Origin: Candidatus Altimarinota bacterium
GTDB taxonomy: Bacteria; Patescibacteriota; Gracilibacteria; UBA1369
Assembly (NCBI GenBank): GCA_041659405.1
Contig: JBAZYK010000002.1
Span: 90,001-122,000, forward strand
Length of the DNA stretch: 32,000 nucleotides
Direction: 5' to 3'
Below the pieces are notes generated by a model. It was not told where the DNA came from and ran no database searches. It saw only the letters and a list, made by a program, of their open reading frames with translations. Positions 18,111 through 28,816 of this stretch are shown here, in pieces (position 1 is the first letter of the stretch; each line of letters opens with the position of its first letter). The position numbers and the translations under genes were made by a program.

Positions 18111-19174
18111 AATTGATTCGTTCTTGAAAGTAAATAATGATCAACCAAAGTTAAAGCCATCATAGCCTCGGCAATTGGAACGGCACGAATACAAACACAA
18201 GGATCATGCCTACCTAAAACCTGAATTTCAGCTTTATTGCCACGCTTATCAATCGTCTTTTGATTTTTTGCAATGCTGGAAGCAGGTTTTAAAGCCATTC
18301 GTACCACAATATCTTCACCATCGGAAATCCCTCCAATAATTCCACCGGCACGATTTGTCTGTGTTCCAACCTTTCCTGATTTAGTGATCCAGGCATCATT
18401 ATTTTCCGATCCTCTTTTCCCTGCAACTTCAAAACCATTTCCGATTTCAAAACCTTTAACTGCGGGAATACTCATCAAAGCCGCAGCCAAATCAGCTGAA
18501 AGTTTATTAAAAACCGGCTCACCCAAGCCAGCCGGAACCCCGCGAGCAACAACCTCAACTACACCACCAACTGAATCTAAATCTTTACGGGCATTTTCAA
18601 TTTCATTGGTCATAGTCTTCAAAACAGCCTTATCAGGACAACACAAAACATTTTGATCAATAAAAGATTCATCAATTTTAGTTACTTTCACTTTTCCAAT
18701 CTGGATTACATAACCAACTATCTTTACACCGATTGAAGCCAAGATTTTTCGGGCTACCGCACCTGCAGCAACACGCGCAATCGTTTCACGCGCAGAAGCA
18801 CGACCACCACCTCGAAAATCACGAATTCCATATTTTGCATCATAGGTATAATCAGCATGACCCGGCCTATAAAGATCTTTAATTGGCTCATAAATCTTTG
18901 AGATTTGATCTTCGTTACGAACAACTAAAGCAATTGGAGTACCCAAAGTTTTCCCCTCAAAAACACCGGATAAAATCTCGACCTTATCTTTTTCCTGACG
19001 GGTAGTCGTTAAATGAGATGTCCCCGGACGACGTTTATCAAGCTCGATTTGAATATCCTCTATTGAAAGTTCAAGCCCAGCCGGACAACCATCAATAACT
19101 ACTCCCATAGCCGGCCCATGAGATTCACCAAAAGTTGTGATACAAAAGAGATGTCCAAAAGAATTTCCTGCCAT
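18107..19174 (-). CDS. aroC: chorismate synthase
   Basis: FGESHGPAMGVVIDGCPAG, RPGHADYTYDAKYGIRDFRGGGRASARET, GRHDPCVCIRAVPIAEAM. Confidence 0.98.
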   Translation of the reverse strand: MAGNSFGHLFCITTFGESHGPAMGVVIDGCPAGLELSIEDIQIELDKRRPGTSHLTTTRQEKDKVEILSGVFEGKTLGTPIALVVRNEDQISKIYEPIKDLYRPGHADYTYDAKYGIRDFRGGGRASARETIARVAAGAVARKILASIGVKIVGYVIQIGKVKVTKIDESFIDQNVLCCPDKAVLKTMTNEIENARKDLDSVGGVVEVVARGVPAGLGEPVFNKLSADLAAALMSIPAVKGFEIGNGFEVAGKRGSENNDAWITKSGKVGTQTNRAGGIIGGISDGEDIVVRMALKPASSIAKNQKTIDKRGNKAEIQVLGRHDPCVCIRAVPIAEAMMALTLVDHYLLSRTNQL

Positions 19175-19184
19175 AGTTTATCAA

Positions 19185-20312
19185 TTAAGTTATGAAAAAT
19201 TCCAAAGCTTTTTTTACGATTTTCAAATCAACAAGATGACCAAACTGCCCATCTTTTTTGTAAACCTCCCCTATTTTCTTCAACAAAACGAATTTAACCT
19301 TACCAGCCCGATTCTTTTTATCCATGGTTATAAGCCTTAAAACCTCTGCAACTTTATATCCTTTAAACATTTCCTTTTGAATACCCAAATCACTCAAAAG
19401 TTTTTCAATTCGATTGAAATCAACCTCGGACAAAATACCCAAAAGTTGTGAAATTTTACCCTCTACCAAAATTCCCAAACCAACCGCAAAACCATGAAGC
19501 AATTTATAATCACTTAAATATTCCAAGGCATGACCAATCGTATGACCAAAATTAACGACCATACGTTCATTAGCTTCATGCTCATCCCTTTCAACAACAC
19601 CAATTTTTAATTCAATCGACCTGGCTACAACTGGCTGCAAATACTTCACATCTCCCTTCATCAATTTCTTTAAATTACTTTCAAAATACTTAAAACTATC
19701 CAAATCATAGGTTGAAAAAATCTTCAAAGACTCAACCAAACCATTCACCAGCTGAACACGCGGCAATTTTTTTAAAAAATCCGAATCAGCAATTACAGCC
19801 GTAGGATGCCAAAAAGCACCAATCAAATTTTTACCAAATGGAGTATCTATCCCCACCTTGCCACCGATCGAACTATCCACCATTCCCAAAAAAGTGGTTG
19901 GAATCTGCACATAAGGAATTCCACGCATATAAGTTGCAGCAACAAACCCAGCCATATCGCCAACAACTCCCCCGCCAAAAGCCAAAATCATTGTATCTCG
20001 TCCACATTTTTTCTTAAGCAAAGCATGATCTAAACTCATTTTAACCTGCTCGTTTTTAAAAGCTTCACCAGCCGGAAATGTGATCAAATCAACCTGAAAA
20101 CCCTTTTTCAGCATTTTTCTCTGCAGATCTTTTCCGTAAAGTTTTTCAACAGTTTTATCCGTAATGATTACATAACGATGAACCTGCGGCAGCTTCTTCA
20201 GATACTTATCCAAATTTTCGATTAGACCGGATCCAACCCACAAAGAATATTTAGGAGAAGTCGCTCCACTGCGGCTTAAATCAAGTTTTAATTCAATGGT
20301 TTTCATAGGCAT
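19185..20312 (-). CDS. aroB: 3-dehydroquinate synthase
   Basis: AFGGGVVGDMAGFVAATYMRGIPYVQIPTTFLGMVDSSIGGKVGID, NFGHTIGHALE. Confidence 0.98.
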   Translation of the reverse strand: MPMKTIELKLDLSRSGATSPKYSLWVGSGLIENLDKYLKKLPQVHRYVIITDKTVEKLYGKDLQRKMLKKGFQVDLITFPAGEAFKNEQVKMSLDHALLKKKCGRDTMILAFGGGVVGDMAGFVAATYMRGIPYVQIPTTFLGMVDSSIGGKVGIDTPFGKNLIGAFWHPTAVIADSDFLKKLPRVQLVNGLVESLKIFSTYDLDSFKYFESNLKKLMKGDVKYLQPVVARSIELKIGVVERDEHEANERMVVNFGHTIGHALEYLSDYKLLHGFAVGLGILVEGKISQLLGILSEVDFNRIEKLLSDLGIQKEMFKGYKVAEVLRLITMDKKNRAGKVKFVLLKKIGEVYKKDGQFGHLVDLKIVKKALEFFIT

Positions 20313-20333
20313 TTAAAATAAATCTTCAAAATT

Positions 20334-21380
20334 TTAAAGTGATTTCCACTGTTCGGCAATCTCTTCCAACAATTTTTCAGTTTGATCAAAACTAAGGCAA
20401 GGATCAGTAATGGAAAGCCCACTAAGATCAACGCTTTCAGCCGTTACGCTTTCCAGTTTTTGAGCACCAGACTTCAAAAAGCTTTCAAACATAAACCCTT
20501 TCATCAATTTTCTAAGATCCGGATAAAGCTTTAAAGCAGCCAGAACTTCGTGCGCCACATTAATCTGCTGAATCGGATCCTTCACCCCATCAATTTTACA
20601 ATTATCATGGCTGGCATCAATCACCACTGCAGGATTTAAAACCTGATGTTTCTCCAAAAACTTTTTGGCTTTATACAGATCCTCCACATGGTAATTGGGA
20701 CGATCAAGTCCTCCTCTTAAAACCAAATGCGCATACGGATTTCCATGAGTTTCCACCTGATAACCATTAAATACAGCCGTGTGTCCATGCTGAGCCGCCA
20801 AAATACTATTTACCCCAAGCTCAATCTGCCCACTTGTTGGATTTTTCATCCCGACAGGACATTCAATCGCTGAAGCAAAAATACGGTGTTCCTGGTCTTC
20901 GGTACTACGAGCTCCAATCGCCACCCAACTTAAAAGCTCAATAAAACCTTTAGCATTATGGGTAAACAAAGCTTCATCCGAAATTGGCAACCCCATTTCA
21001 ATTATTTGAACCATCAAACTACGGGCATAACGAATACCTTCTTCAATATCCGGAGGTGAAAACGGATCAGGTTGATTAACCGGACCGGTCCATCCCTTTG
21101 TTGTTCGCGGTTTTTGAATATACACACGCATCACAATTTTCAGCTCTTTACGGAACTTTTCTTCTAACTTACATAATTTTTTCGCATAATCTAAAACCGC
21201 TTGATGAGGCCAAGCTGAACATGGTCCAACCACTATCAACAAACGATTATCCTTGCCGGCCAGAATATCCTTCACTTCCTGCTTATGACGAGCCACACTT
21301 TCATATCCGGCATCAGAAAGCGGAAAAGCTTGAATAATTCCTTCCGTACTTGGCAATTTTTTAATAACTGTGTAATTCAT
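20334..21380 (-). CDS. 3-deoxy-7-phosphoheptulonate synthase, AroFGH (type I) class
   Basis: VVGPCSAWP, RVYIQKPRTTKGWTG, IGARSTEDQEHR, MKNPTSG, VIDASHDNC. Confidence 0.96.
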   Translation of the reverse strand: MNYTVIKKLPSTEGIIQAFPLSDAGYESVARHKQEVKDILAGKDNRLLIVVGPCSAWPHQAVLDYAKKLCKLEEKFRKELKIVMRVYIQKPRTTKGWTGPVNQPDPFSPPDIEEGIRYARSLMVQIIEMGLPISDEALFTHNAKGFIELLSWVAIGARSTEDQEHRIFASAIECPVGMKNPTSGQIELGVNSILAAQHGHTAVFNGYQVETHGNPYAHLVLRGGLDRPNYHVEDLYKAKKFLEKHQVLNPAVVIDASHDNCKIDGVKDPIQQINVAHEVLAALKLYPDLRKLMKGFMFESFLKSGAQKLESVTAESVDLSGLSITDPCLSFDQTEKLLEEIAEQWKSL

Positions 21381-22207
21381 TTAGAATCTGATAATAAAGA
21401 AATAAGTTCATTTTCAGAGATAAGTCCGGAAAGATCTTTGCCTGACCAAAGACGAATTTGCTCTAAAGCCTGAGCAATAAACATTGCAATACCCGAAATG
21501 GTTTTAACACCTTTACTCTCTGCATCAAGCAATAGTTTAGTTTTCATTGGCCGATAAACCAGATCAAATACTACCTGATGGGCAGCCAACAAACTCAAAT
21601 TCAATGACGATTCATTTACATTCGGGAACATACCAACTGGCGTTGCATTGATAATAACATCCACATCCTTAGCCGTAAGTTCATCAAGCGAAACTATTTC
21701 CGCCTGTTTAGAATTTGAACCAAAAACATTATCAATTAAAACCTGCGCTTTTTTAGAATCCCTATTCCAAACCAACAAACGACCACCAGCAGTTTTAATC
21801 ACATGAGCAACGGGTAAAGCCGCCCCACCAGCACCCAAAAGCAAAACTTTTTTGTCCTTTAAATTAACGCCCTTCAACGCAGCCCGAATACCAACTATAT
21901 CAGTATTATAACCATTAAGTTTCCCGTTTTTCAGAATTACAGTATTGACCGCGCCAATCATTTTCGCCTCTTCATCCACAAAATCCAGATAAGCAAGAAT
22001 ATCCTGTTTAAAAGGCATGGTAACCGCAGTAAGTTCAACCGAAAGAAAGCGAATCGCCTCAACAAGCTTAGCTAAATTTTCCTTTTCCAAAGGCAACAAA
22101 ACAGCGTTCAACCCCGCCGCTTTATACAAAGCATTATGCAATTTTGGGCTTAACGTATGCTCCAAAGGGTATCCAATCACCGCATTTAAAATCGTATTTT
22201 TAATCAT
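21377..22207 (-). CDS. aroE: shikimate dehydrogenase
   Basis: GYPLEHTLSPKLHNALY, IGAVNTVILKNGKLNGYNTD, LLLGAGGAALPVAHVI. ATGA overlap with the DAHP synthase gene. Confidence 0.95.
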   Translation of the reverse strand: MIKNTILNAVIGYPLEHTLSPKLHNALYKAAGLNAVLLPLEKENLAKLVEAIRFLSVELTAVTMPFKQDILAYLDFVDEEAKMIGAVNTVILKNGKLNGYNTDIVGIRAALKGVNLKDKKVLLLGAGGAALPVAHVIKTAGGRLLVWNRDSKKAQVLIDNVFGSNSKQAEIVSLDELTAKDVDVIINATPVGMFPNVNESSLNLSLLAAHQVVFDLVYRPMKTKLLLDAESKGVKTISGIAMFIAQALEQIRLWSGKDLSGLISENELISLLSDSK

Positions 22208-22214
22208 ATTAATT

Positions 22215-22652
22215 TTATGCTTGATAATGTTTTTTCAAATAATCTAAAGCTTCAAAATATCCTAATTCCTGTTTCCCGCTAATAACAGCCACGCAAGCCG
22301 CAGCAGTAACCGATATTTTTCTCCACGGTTCACGATTTTGCACCTTTGAAAGATGCACCTCCACGCAAGGAATATGTGCATCCAGCAAAGCATCGTGCAG
22401 AGCATAACTATAATGAGTCAGAGCGCCGGGATTAATAATCAGTCCCAACGATTTTGACGAATTCTTCTGGATCCAGTCAATTAAATCACCTTCATGATTC
22501 GATTGAAATTTTTTAATCTCAAATCCCAAACGGACAGCATACTCCGAAACCTTTTTTTCCAGTTGCGCTAAGGTTAAATGCCCATAATGATGATGATCAC
22601 GTTTACCCAAAAGATTTAGATTTGGCCCATGAATAAGTAGAATTTTTTTCAT
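22215..22652 (-). CDS. aroQ: type II 3-dehydroquinate dehydratase
   Basis: LLIHGPNLNLLGKRDHHHYG, FFQSNHEGDLIDWIQ-like (FKSNHEGDLIDWIQ), IINPGALTHYSYALHDAL, EVHLSKVQNREPWR. Confidence 0.96.
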   Translation of the reverse strand: MKKILLIHGPNLNLLGKRDHHHYGHLTLAQLEKKVSEYAVRLGFEIKKFQSNHEGDLIDWIQKNSSKSLGLIINPGALTHYSYALHDALLDAHIPCVEVHLSKVQNREPWRKISVTAAACVAVISGKQELGYFEALDYLKKHYQA

Positions 22653-22673
22653 TTATATAATCTCTATTAATAA

Positions 22674-23237
22674 TTAATTTGATTTTTTCTTAGAAGACGC
22701 TAAAGCCAGATTGATTTTCTCAACAGCCTCTTCAATAGATCCAGTATTACACACTTTAATATCCGAAATCTGCTCAAAAACCGGTTCACGTTCACTCCAG
22801 AGTTCCTGGAAAGTATCAAAAGACTGCTTCTGCTGAGGAAAAAACGCCGGTTTACCATTAATCATGATTCTCTCAAAAACAATACTTTTAGGAGCAGAAA
22901 CATGAACAATCAAATGATTTTTTAACAACTCCCGATTTTCAGCAAGCAAAGGAGTTCCTCCCCCCAAAGCCAAAACAAAAGGCTCTGACTGATCCAAAAC
23001 TTTTTTAAGCACCTGATGTTCAATCTTTCTAAAAAAGTCCTCGCCTTTCGATTTCATCAATTCGCGACAACTCAGCTTTTCCCCTGTAGCAAGCCAATGT
23101 TCAGCAATAATCTGATCATCAAGATCAACAAATTTGCGATCCAGACGAGAAGACAAAGCCAAACCAATTGATGATTTACCAACGTTTTTGAACCCAACCA
23201 GAATAATATGTGTAGAAATAATTTGTAAGTTAGACAT
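22674..23237 (-). CDS. aroK: shikimate kinase
   Basis: Walker A VGFKNVGKSSIGLALS, FVDLDDQI, EDFFRKIEHQVL, LALGGGTPL. Confidence 0.92.
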   Translation of the reverse strand: MSNLQIISTHIILVGFKNVGKSSIGLALSSRLDRKFVDLDDQIIAEHWLATGEKLSCRELMKSKGEDFFRKIEHQVLKKVLDQSEPFVLALGGGTPLLAENRELLKNHLIVHVSAPKSIVFERIMINGKPAFFPQQKQSFDTFQELWSEREPVFEQISDIKVCNTGSIEEAVEKINLALASSKKKSN

Positions 23238-23249
23238 TTGCAGTTTGTA

Positions 23250-24587
23250 TTATGAAGTAAGTTCCATCTTTGCTCCAATAGAATTCATCAAAGAAACATA
23301 AGTAGGAAAGGTTTTGTTGATACCTTCTGCGGTATCGATGTGACTTTCACCTTCTGCCAGCATACCAGCCAAGGCTAAAGCCATAATTGTTCTATGGTCA
23401 AAGTATCCGTGCGCCTGGGCACGGTAGAGCTTACTTTTATAAACAACCAAGGAATCCTTTGTCTCGTCAATTTCCGCACCCATTTTTTTGAGTCCTTCCG
23501 CCATAGCATGAATTCGATCAGTTTCTTTAATACGAGCCTGGGCCACATTAAAAATTTCAGTTTTTCCTTCAGCTTGAGTCCCAAGCACAGCCAAAGTTGG
23601 CAATAAATCAGGAATATCATTGGCGTCGATTTTAAGGCCTATTAAAGGCTTTCCCCCCTTAAGCACGATCTGATTTTCACCATCATTCTTTAAAATCGTC
23701 AGGTCCGCCCCCATTTCGCGCAAAATATTAATCATTCGCTTATCCCCTTGCGGATCATTCATATCTAAACCATGAACCACAACTTCACCGGGAAAAAGGC
23801 ACCCGGCAGCCAAAAAGTATGAAGCGGAAGAGAAATCTCCGGCAATGACCTTTTCAAAAGGCTTAAAGGTTTGACCGCCCTTTATTTTAAAAATATCTAT
23901 GATTTTGCCGCCATCAGCTTGATTTTGCTCATGTTTAAACTGAATATTCTGTTCCCGCAACCACCGCAAAGTCATTTCCACATATGGTCTTTCATGAAGA
24001 TCCTCTACCAAAATCTCTGAATTCTCCTGAGCGCACGGACATGCCAAGAGCAAAGCCGAAAGATATTGCGAAGTCATTCCATCAACACAGATATGCCCAC
24101 CTTTTAACTTTCCACTAACTTCCAACGGCAAACAACTTTTTTGATCATGAACAAATTTTATATTCATGCCGAGATCCTCTAGAGCATGAGCTAAAGATGC
24201 AATTGGACGAGCTCGCATTTGCTCATCGCAATCAATCAAAATAGGCTCATCAAAATTTCGCCTTAAACCCAGTATTGGCAAAACAAACCGCGTGGTAATC
24301 CCTGAATTTCCTGTAAATATCTTACCTGTCGACACTTTAGACGACACTCCGCCTGATACTTTTAAACAAAAATCATGACACCCAGATTCAATTTTACTTA
24401 TTTCAGCTCCCAAACTTTTACAAACCTCAATCGCCACATTAATATCATCAGCATCTAAAACATTATGCAAAACCGACTCCCCTGTTGCCAAAGTCGCAAT
24501 CAATAACGCCCGAATACATTGCGATTTTGAGCTTGGAATCGTAATTTTTCCATTTAAACTGGTTGTTTTAGTTACTTTAAGAATCAT
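23250..24587 (-). CDS. aroA: 3-phosphoshikimate 1-carboxyvinyltransferase (EPSP synthase)
   Basis: PSSKSQCIRALLIATLA, FTGNSGITTRFVLPIL, GDFSSASYFLAAG, RIKETDRIHAMAEGLKKMGAE. Confidence 0.97.
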   Translation of the reverse strand: MILKVTKTTSLNGKITIPSSKSQCIRALLIATLATGESVLHNVLDADDINVAIEVCKSLGAEISKIESGCHDFCLKVSGGVSSKVSTGKIFTGNSGITTRFVLPILGLRRNFDEPILIDCDEQMRARPIASLAHALEDLGMNIKFVHDQKSCLPLEVSGKLKGGHICVDGMTSQYLSALLLACPCAQENSEILVEDLHERPYVEMTLRWLREQNIQFKHEQNQADGGKIIDIFKIKGGQTFKPFEKVIAGDFSSASYFLAAGCLFPGEVVVHGLDMNDPQGDKRMINILREMGADLTILKNDGENQIVLKGGKPLIGLKIDANDIPDLLPTLAVLGTQAEGKTEIFNVAQARIKETDRIHAMAEGLKKMGAEIDETKDSLVVYKSKLYRAQAHGYFDHRTIMALALAGMLAEGESHIDTAEGINKTFPTYVSLMNSIGAKMELTS

Positions 24588-24632
24588 GGGTTGATAACAA
24601 AGATGAATTTAATTTACATGCAGGCTACAGGC

Positions 24633-24661
24633 CAAAAAAAAGAGCCCCATTCGAGGCTCTT
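24633..24661 (-). terminator. intrinsic terminator after gyrB
   Basis: Minus strand AAGAGCC-8 nt-GGCTCTT followed by a U tract (TTTTTT). Confidence 0.88.
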
Positions 24662-24675
24662 GTTGATTTAGAAAA

Positions 24676-26659
<1,984 letters not shown>

Positions 26660-26676
26660 GTCTAGATAAAAAACAC

Positions 26677-28692
26677 CTAATTATTTGTACAAGTACGGCA
26701 AACTTTGGTCTTTACCTGAGTATCCTGTTGTTGAGTTGCCGATTCTTGCGTAACTTGCGTCTGAGTAGGAGCAACAATTACCTGTTGAGTCTGCCCACCA
26801 GCCTGAATCATATTCAATAAAGGATTTTGCTGAATTTGAGCACCTTGATCTAGCTGTTGCCCATTTGCCTGTGTCAAAATTTCCGCCTGAACATCACTAA
26901 TATTGACCTTTTGTTGAAGCTGCAGAAAAGCATCAAACTGCTCCCTATGGGTTGTGCCATGCAAAGTAGTCCCTACAAACTCTTGAGAATTAAGATATCT
27001 ATAGAAGACACCAAAATCCTGAAGTCTTTGAGCAAAAAGATCAGCAACCGCGACTTGCGCGTCTACTGGAAGCTGCAAATCATCAGCTTCCTTAAAAAGC
27101 CTAAAAACGATTTGTCGAGCATCTACCACCGAAACCTTATCCGCTAAAAAGAAAGCCTGTAATCTTTTCAAAAAATCGATCTTATTGCTTATAATTGTCT
27201 GCTTTTCTTCATTCTTAAAATCACCTTCCGGAAGCAATGCCAACCATTGCTGTTCAAGGTTATTTTTCATCGCGAAATATGAATCACGGTAAAACACCGA
27301 ATATTGTCGCAAAAGATTATCGAAAATCTGATTATCCTGAGCAAAAAAATCAACAACTTTGGATAAACGATTCTGCTCCTTTGAGGCCAAAGCTGTAAAA
27401 TGCTTATAATAATTATCAAGGGCAGTTCTAGCCACAGAAGGATTAATATCGACTATGTCATAAGCATTACCAAGATAATCACGCACCAACAAGAATTTTT
27501 CACGAATTTCCGCATCACTAGTCCCCATATTCTGCAAAAGCAAATCCGAAAGAACAACTCTGACCGGATAAAGATTATCTGATGGAAGTACAAAATTTAA
27601 CTTTGAATACTCCACCCATAACCTGGCAATTAATTCACGCTTATAAGTATCATTATAAACAAGATCACTTTCTTGAACTATTTTTTTGAACAAATTCAGT
27701 CTATCTTGAGCTTCTGACTGGCGATTAGACATTAATAAATACTCAGAATCATTGACTTGATCAAAAAAGTTATTCAAGACCTTCTGTATCAATTTAGACT
27801 GATCAAAAACTAAACCATTCGAGAATTTTTCATAAGACTGATTAAGCTGAAAATTTATAGAATCCAATGAATTAAAAATCAAACCACGATCACGAAATTG
27901 CTTCATTAAATCACTGGAAGATTTTTGAAACAACACAATATCCTTTTTGATATTTTCGGATATCCAAGAGTCGGATTCAATTGTGTCCATATTATAAAGA
28001 CCGTACCTGAATTCTTTTAACAACTTGGAATAAAGCAACTGCTTTAAGGTTTCAGCATTAGTTTGAATCTGATCATTGTATATACTGATCTGATTACCCT
28101 GAGCTAAAAATAAAGTATTAATAAAATCAGGAATCTTAAAAGAAGTAGCCTGAATAAAACCGTGATCCAAAGGAACAAGTCCCACAAAATCATGCTGTTT
28201 TTGGGCAAAAATCGTTACCTTTTCACCATCATAATCAAGATCAAAAGATGAATGTTGAGGTATAAGGTAAGCTCCACCGGCAATCACATTTAAATTTGCA
28301 GGAGTCAAAGCCGTATCGCCCCAAACCCTTCCTTTTCGTAGATCAAAAACAAGATTATTGGTATTTGTATCTGCATAAACAAAATTAAGCTGAGTTGCAG
28401 CATTCAAACGAATAACACCGAAATCCGCAAAATATATTTCCGCTGAACCAGCCTGAAGTGTGTCAATCTGATCACCTTGCGCAAGTTCAATGGTTTGTGG
28501 GCCCTGCAAGCTTTTGGCATTACCATGACTATTCAATTGAATAGTTTGCTGATCGGGAACCTGCAAAACAACCTGTTTTTTTGAAGATGCTTGAGTAATA
28601 GCCTTCTGCTTAAGCTGGTTTTCCCAAAAGAACACACCAAAAGCTACTATGAAAGCCATAATGATCGTCAAAATTTTATTAAAAAGTTTCAT
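26677..28692 (-). CDS. FecR-like domain membrane-anchored protein with long helical C-terminal region
   Basis: Single N-terminal TM (ILTIIMAFIVAFGVFFW), FecR-like beta region (GSAEIYFADFGVIRLNAATQLNFV...LRKGRVWG), Q-rich C terminus ending KVCRTCTNN. Confidence 0.65.
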   Translation of the reverse strand: MKLFNKILTIIMAFIVAFGVFFWENQLKQKAITQASSKKQVVLQVPDQQTIQLNSHGNAKSLQGPQTIELAQGDQIDTLQAGSAEIYFADFGVIRLNAATQLNFVYADTNTNNLVFDLRKGRVWGDTALTPANLNVIAGGAYLIPQHSSFDLDYDGEKVTIFAQKQHDFVGLVPLDHGFIQATSFKIPDFINTLFLAQGNQISIYNDQIQTNAETLKQLLYSKLLKEFRYGLYNMDTIESDSWISENIKKDIVLFQKSSSDLMKQFRDRGLIFNSLDSINFQLNQSYEKFSNGLVFDQSKLIQKVLNNFFDQVNDSEYLLMSNRQSEAQDRLNLFKKIVQESDLVYNDTYKRELIARLWVEYSKLNFVLPSDNLYPVRVVLSDLLLQNMGTSDAEIREKFLLVRDYLGNAYDIVDINPSVARTALDNYYKHFTALASKEQNRLSKVVDFFAQDNQIFDNLLRQYSVFYRDSYFAMKNNLEQQWLALLPEGDFKNEEKQTIISNKIDFLKRLQAFFLADKVSVVDARQIVFRLFKEADDLQLPVDAQVAVADLFAQRLQDFGVFYRYLNSQEFVGTTLHGTTHREQFDAFLQLQQKVNISDVQAEILTQANGQQLDQGAQIQQNPLLNMIQAGGQTQQVIVAPTQTQVTQESATQQQDTQVKTKVCRTCTNN

Positions 28693-28719
28693 TTGCTTTG
28701 TTTTTTATTTGTTCTTAAC

Positions 28720-28748
28720 AATATACACTTTTTTCCACCTTTCGTCAA
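28720..28748 (-). promoter_or_regulatory. sigma70-like promoter for FecR-like gene
   Basis: Minus strand TTGACG - 17 nt - TATATT upstream of ATG 28692. Confidence 0.65.
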
Positions 28749-28780
28749 TTTGAATTAGGCTGACCAAAGCCATTTTTACT

Positions 28781-28786
28781 CTATAA
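28781..28786 (+). promoter_or_regulatory. -10 element for the S41 protease gene
   Basis: Perfect TATAAT 30 nt upstream of ATG 28817; no good -35 at standard spacing. Confidence 0.5.
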
Positions 28787-28816
28787 TCACCCTGGCAAAA
28801 ATAAACTTTTATTTTT

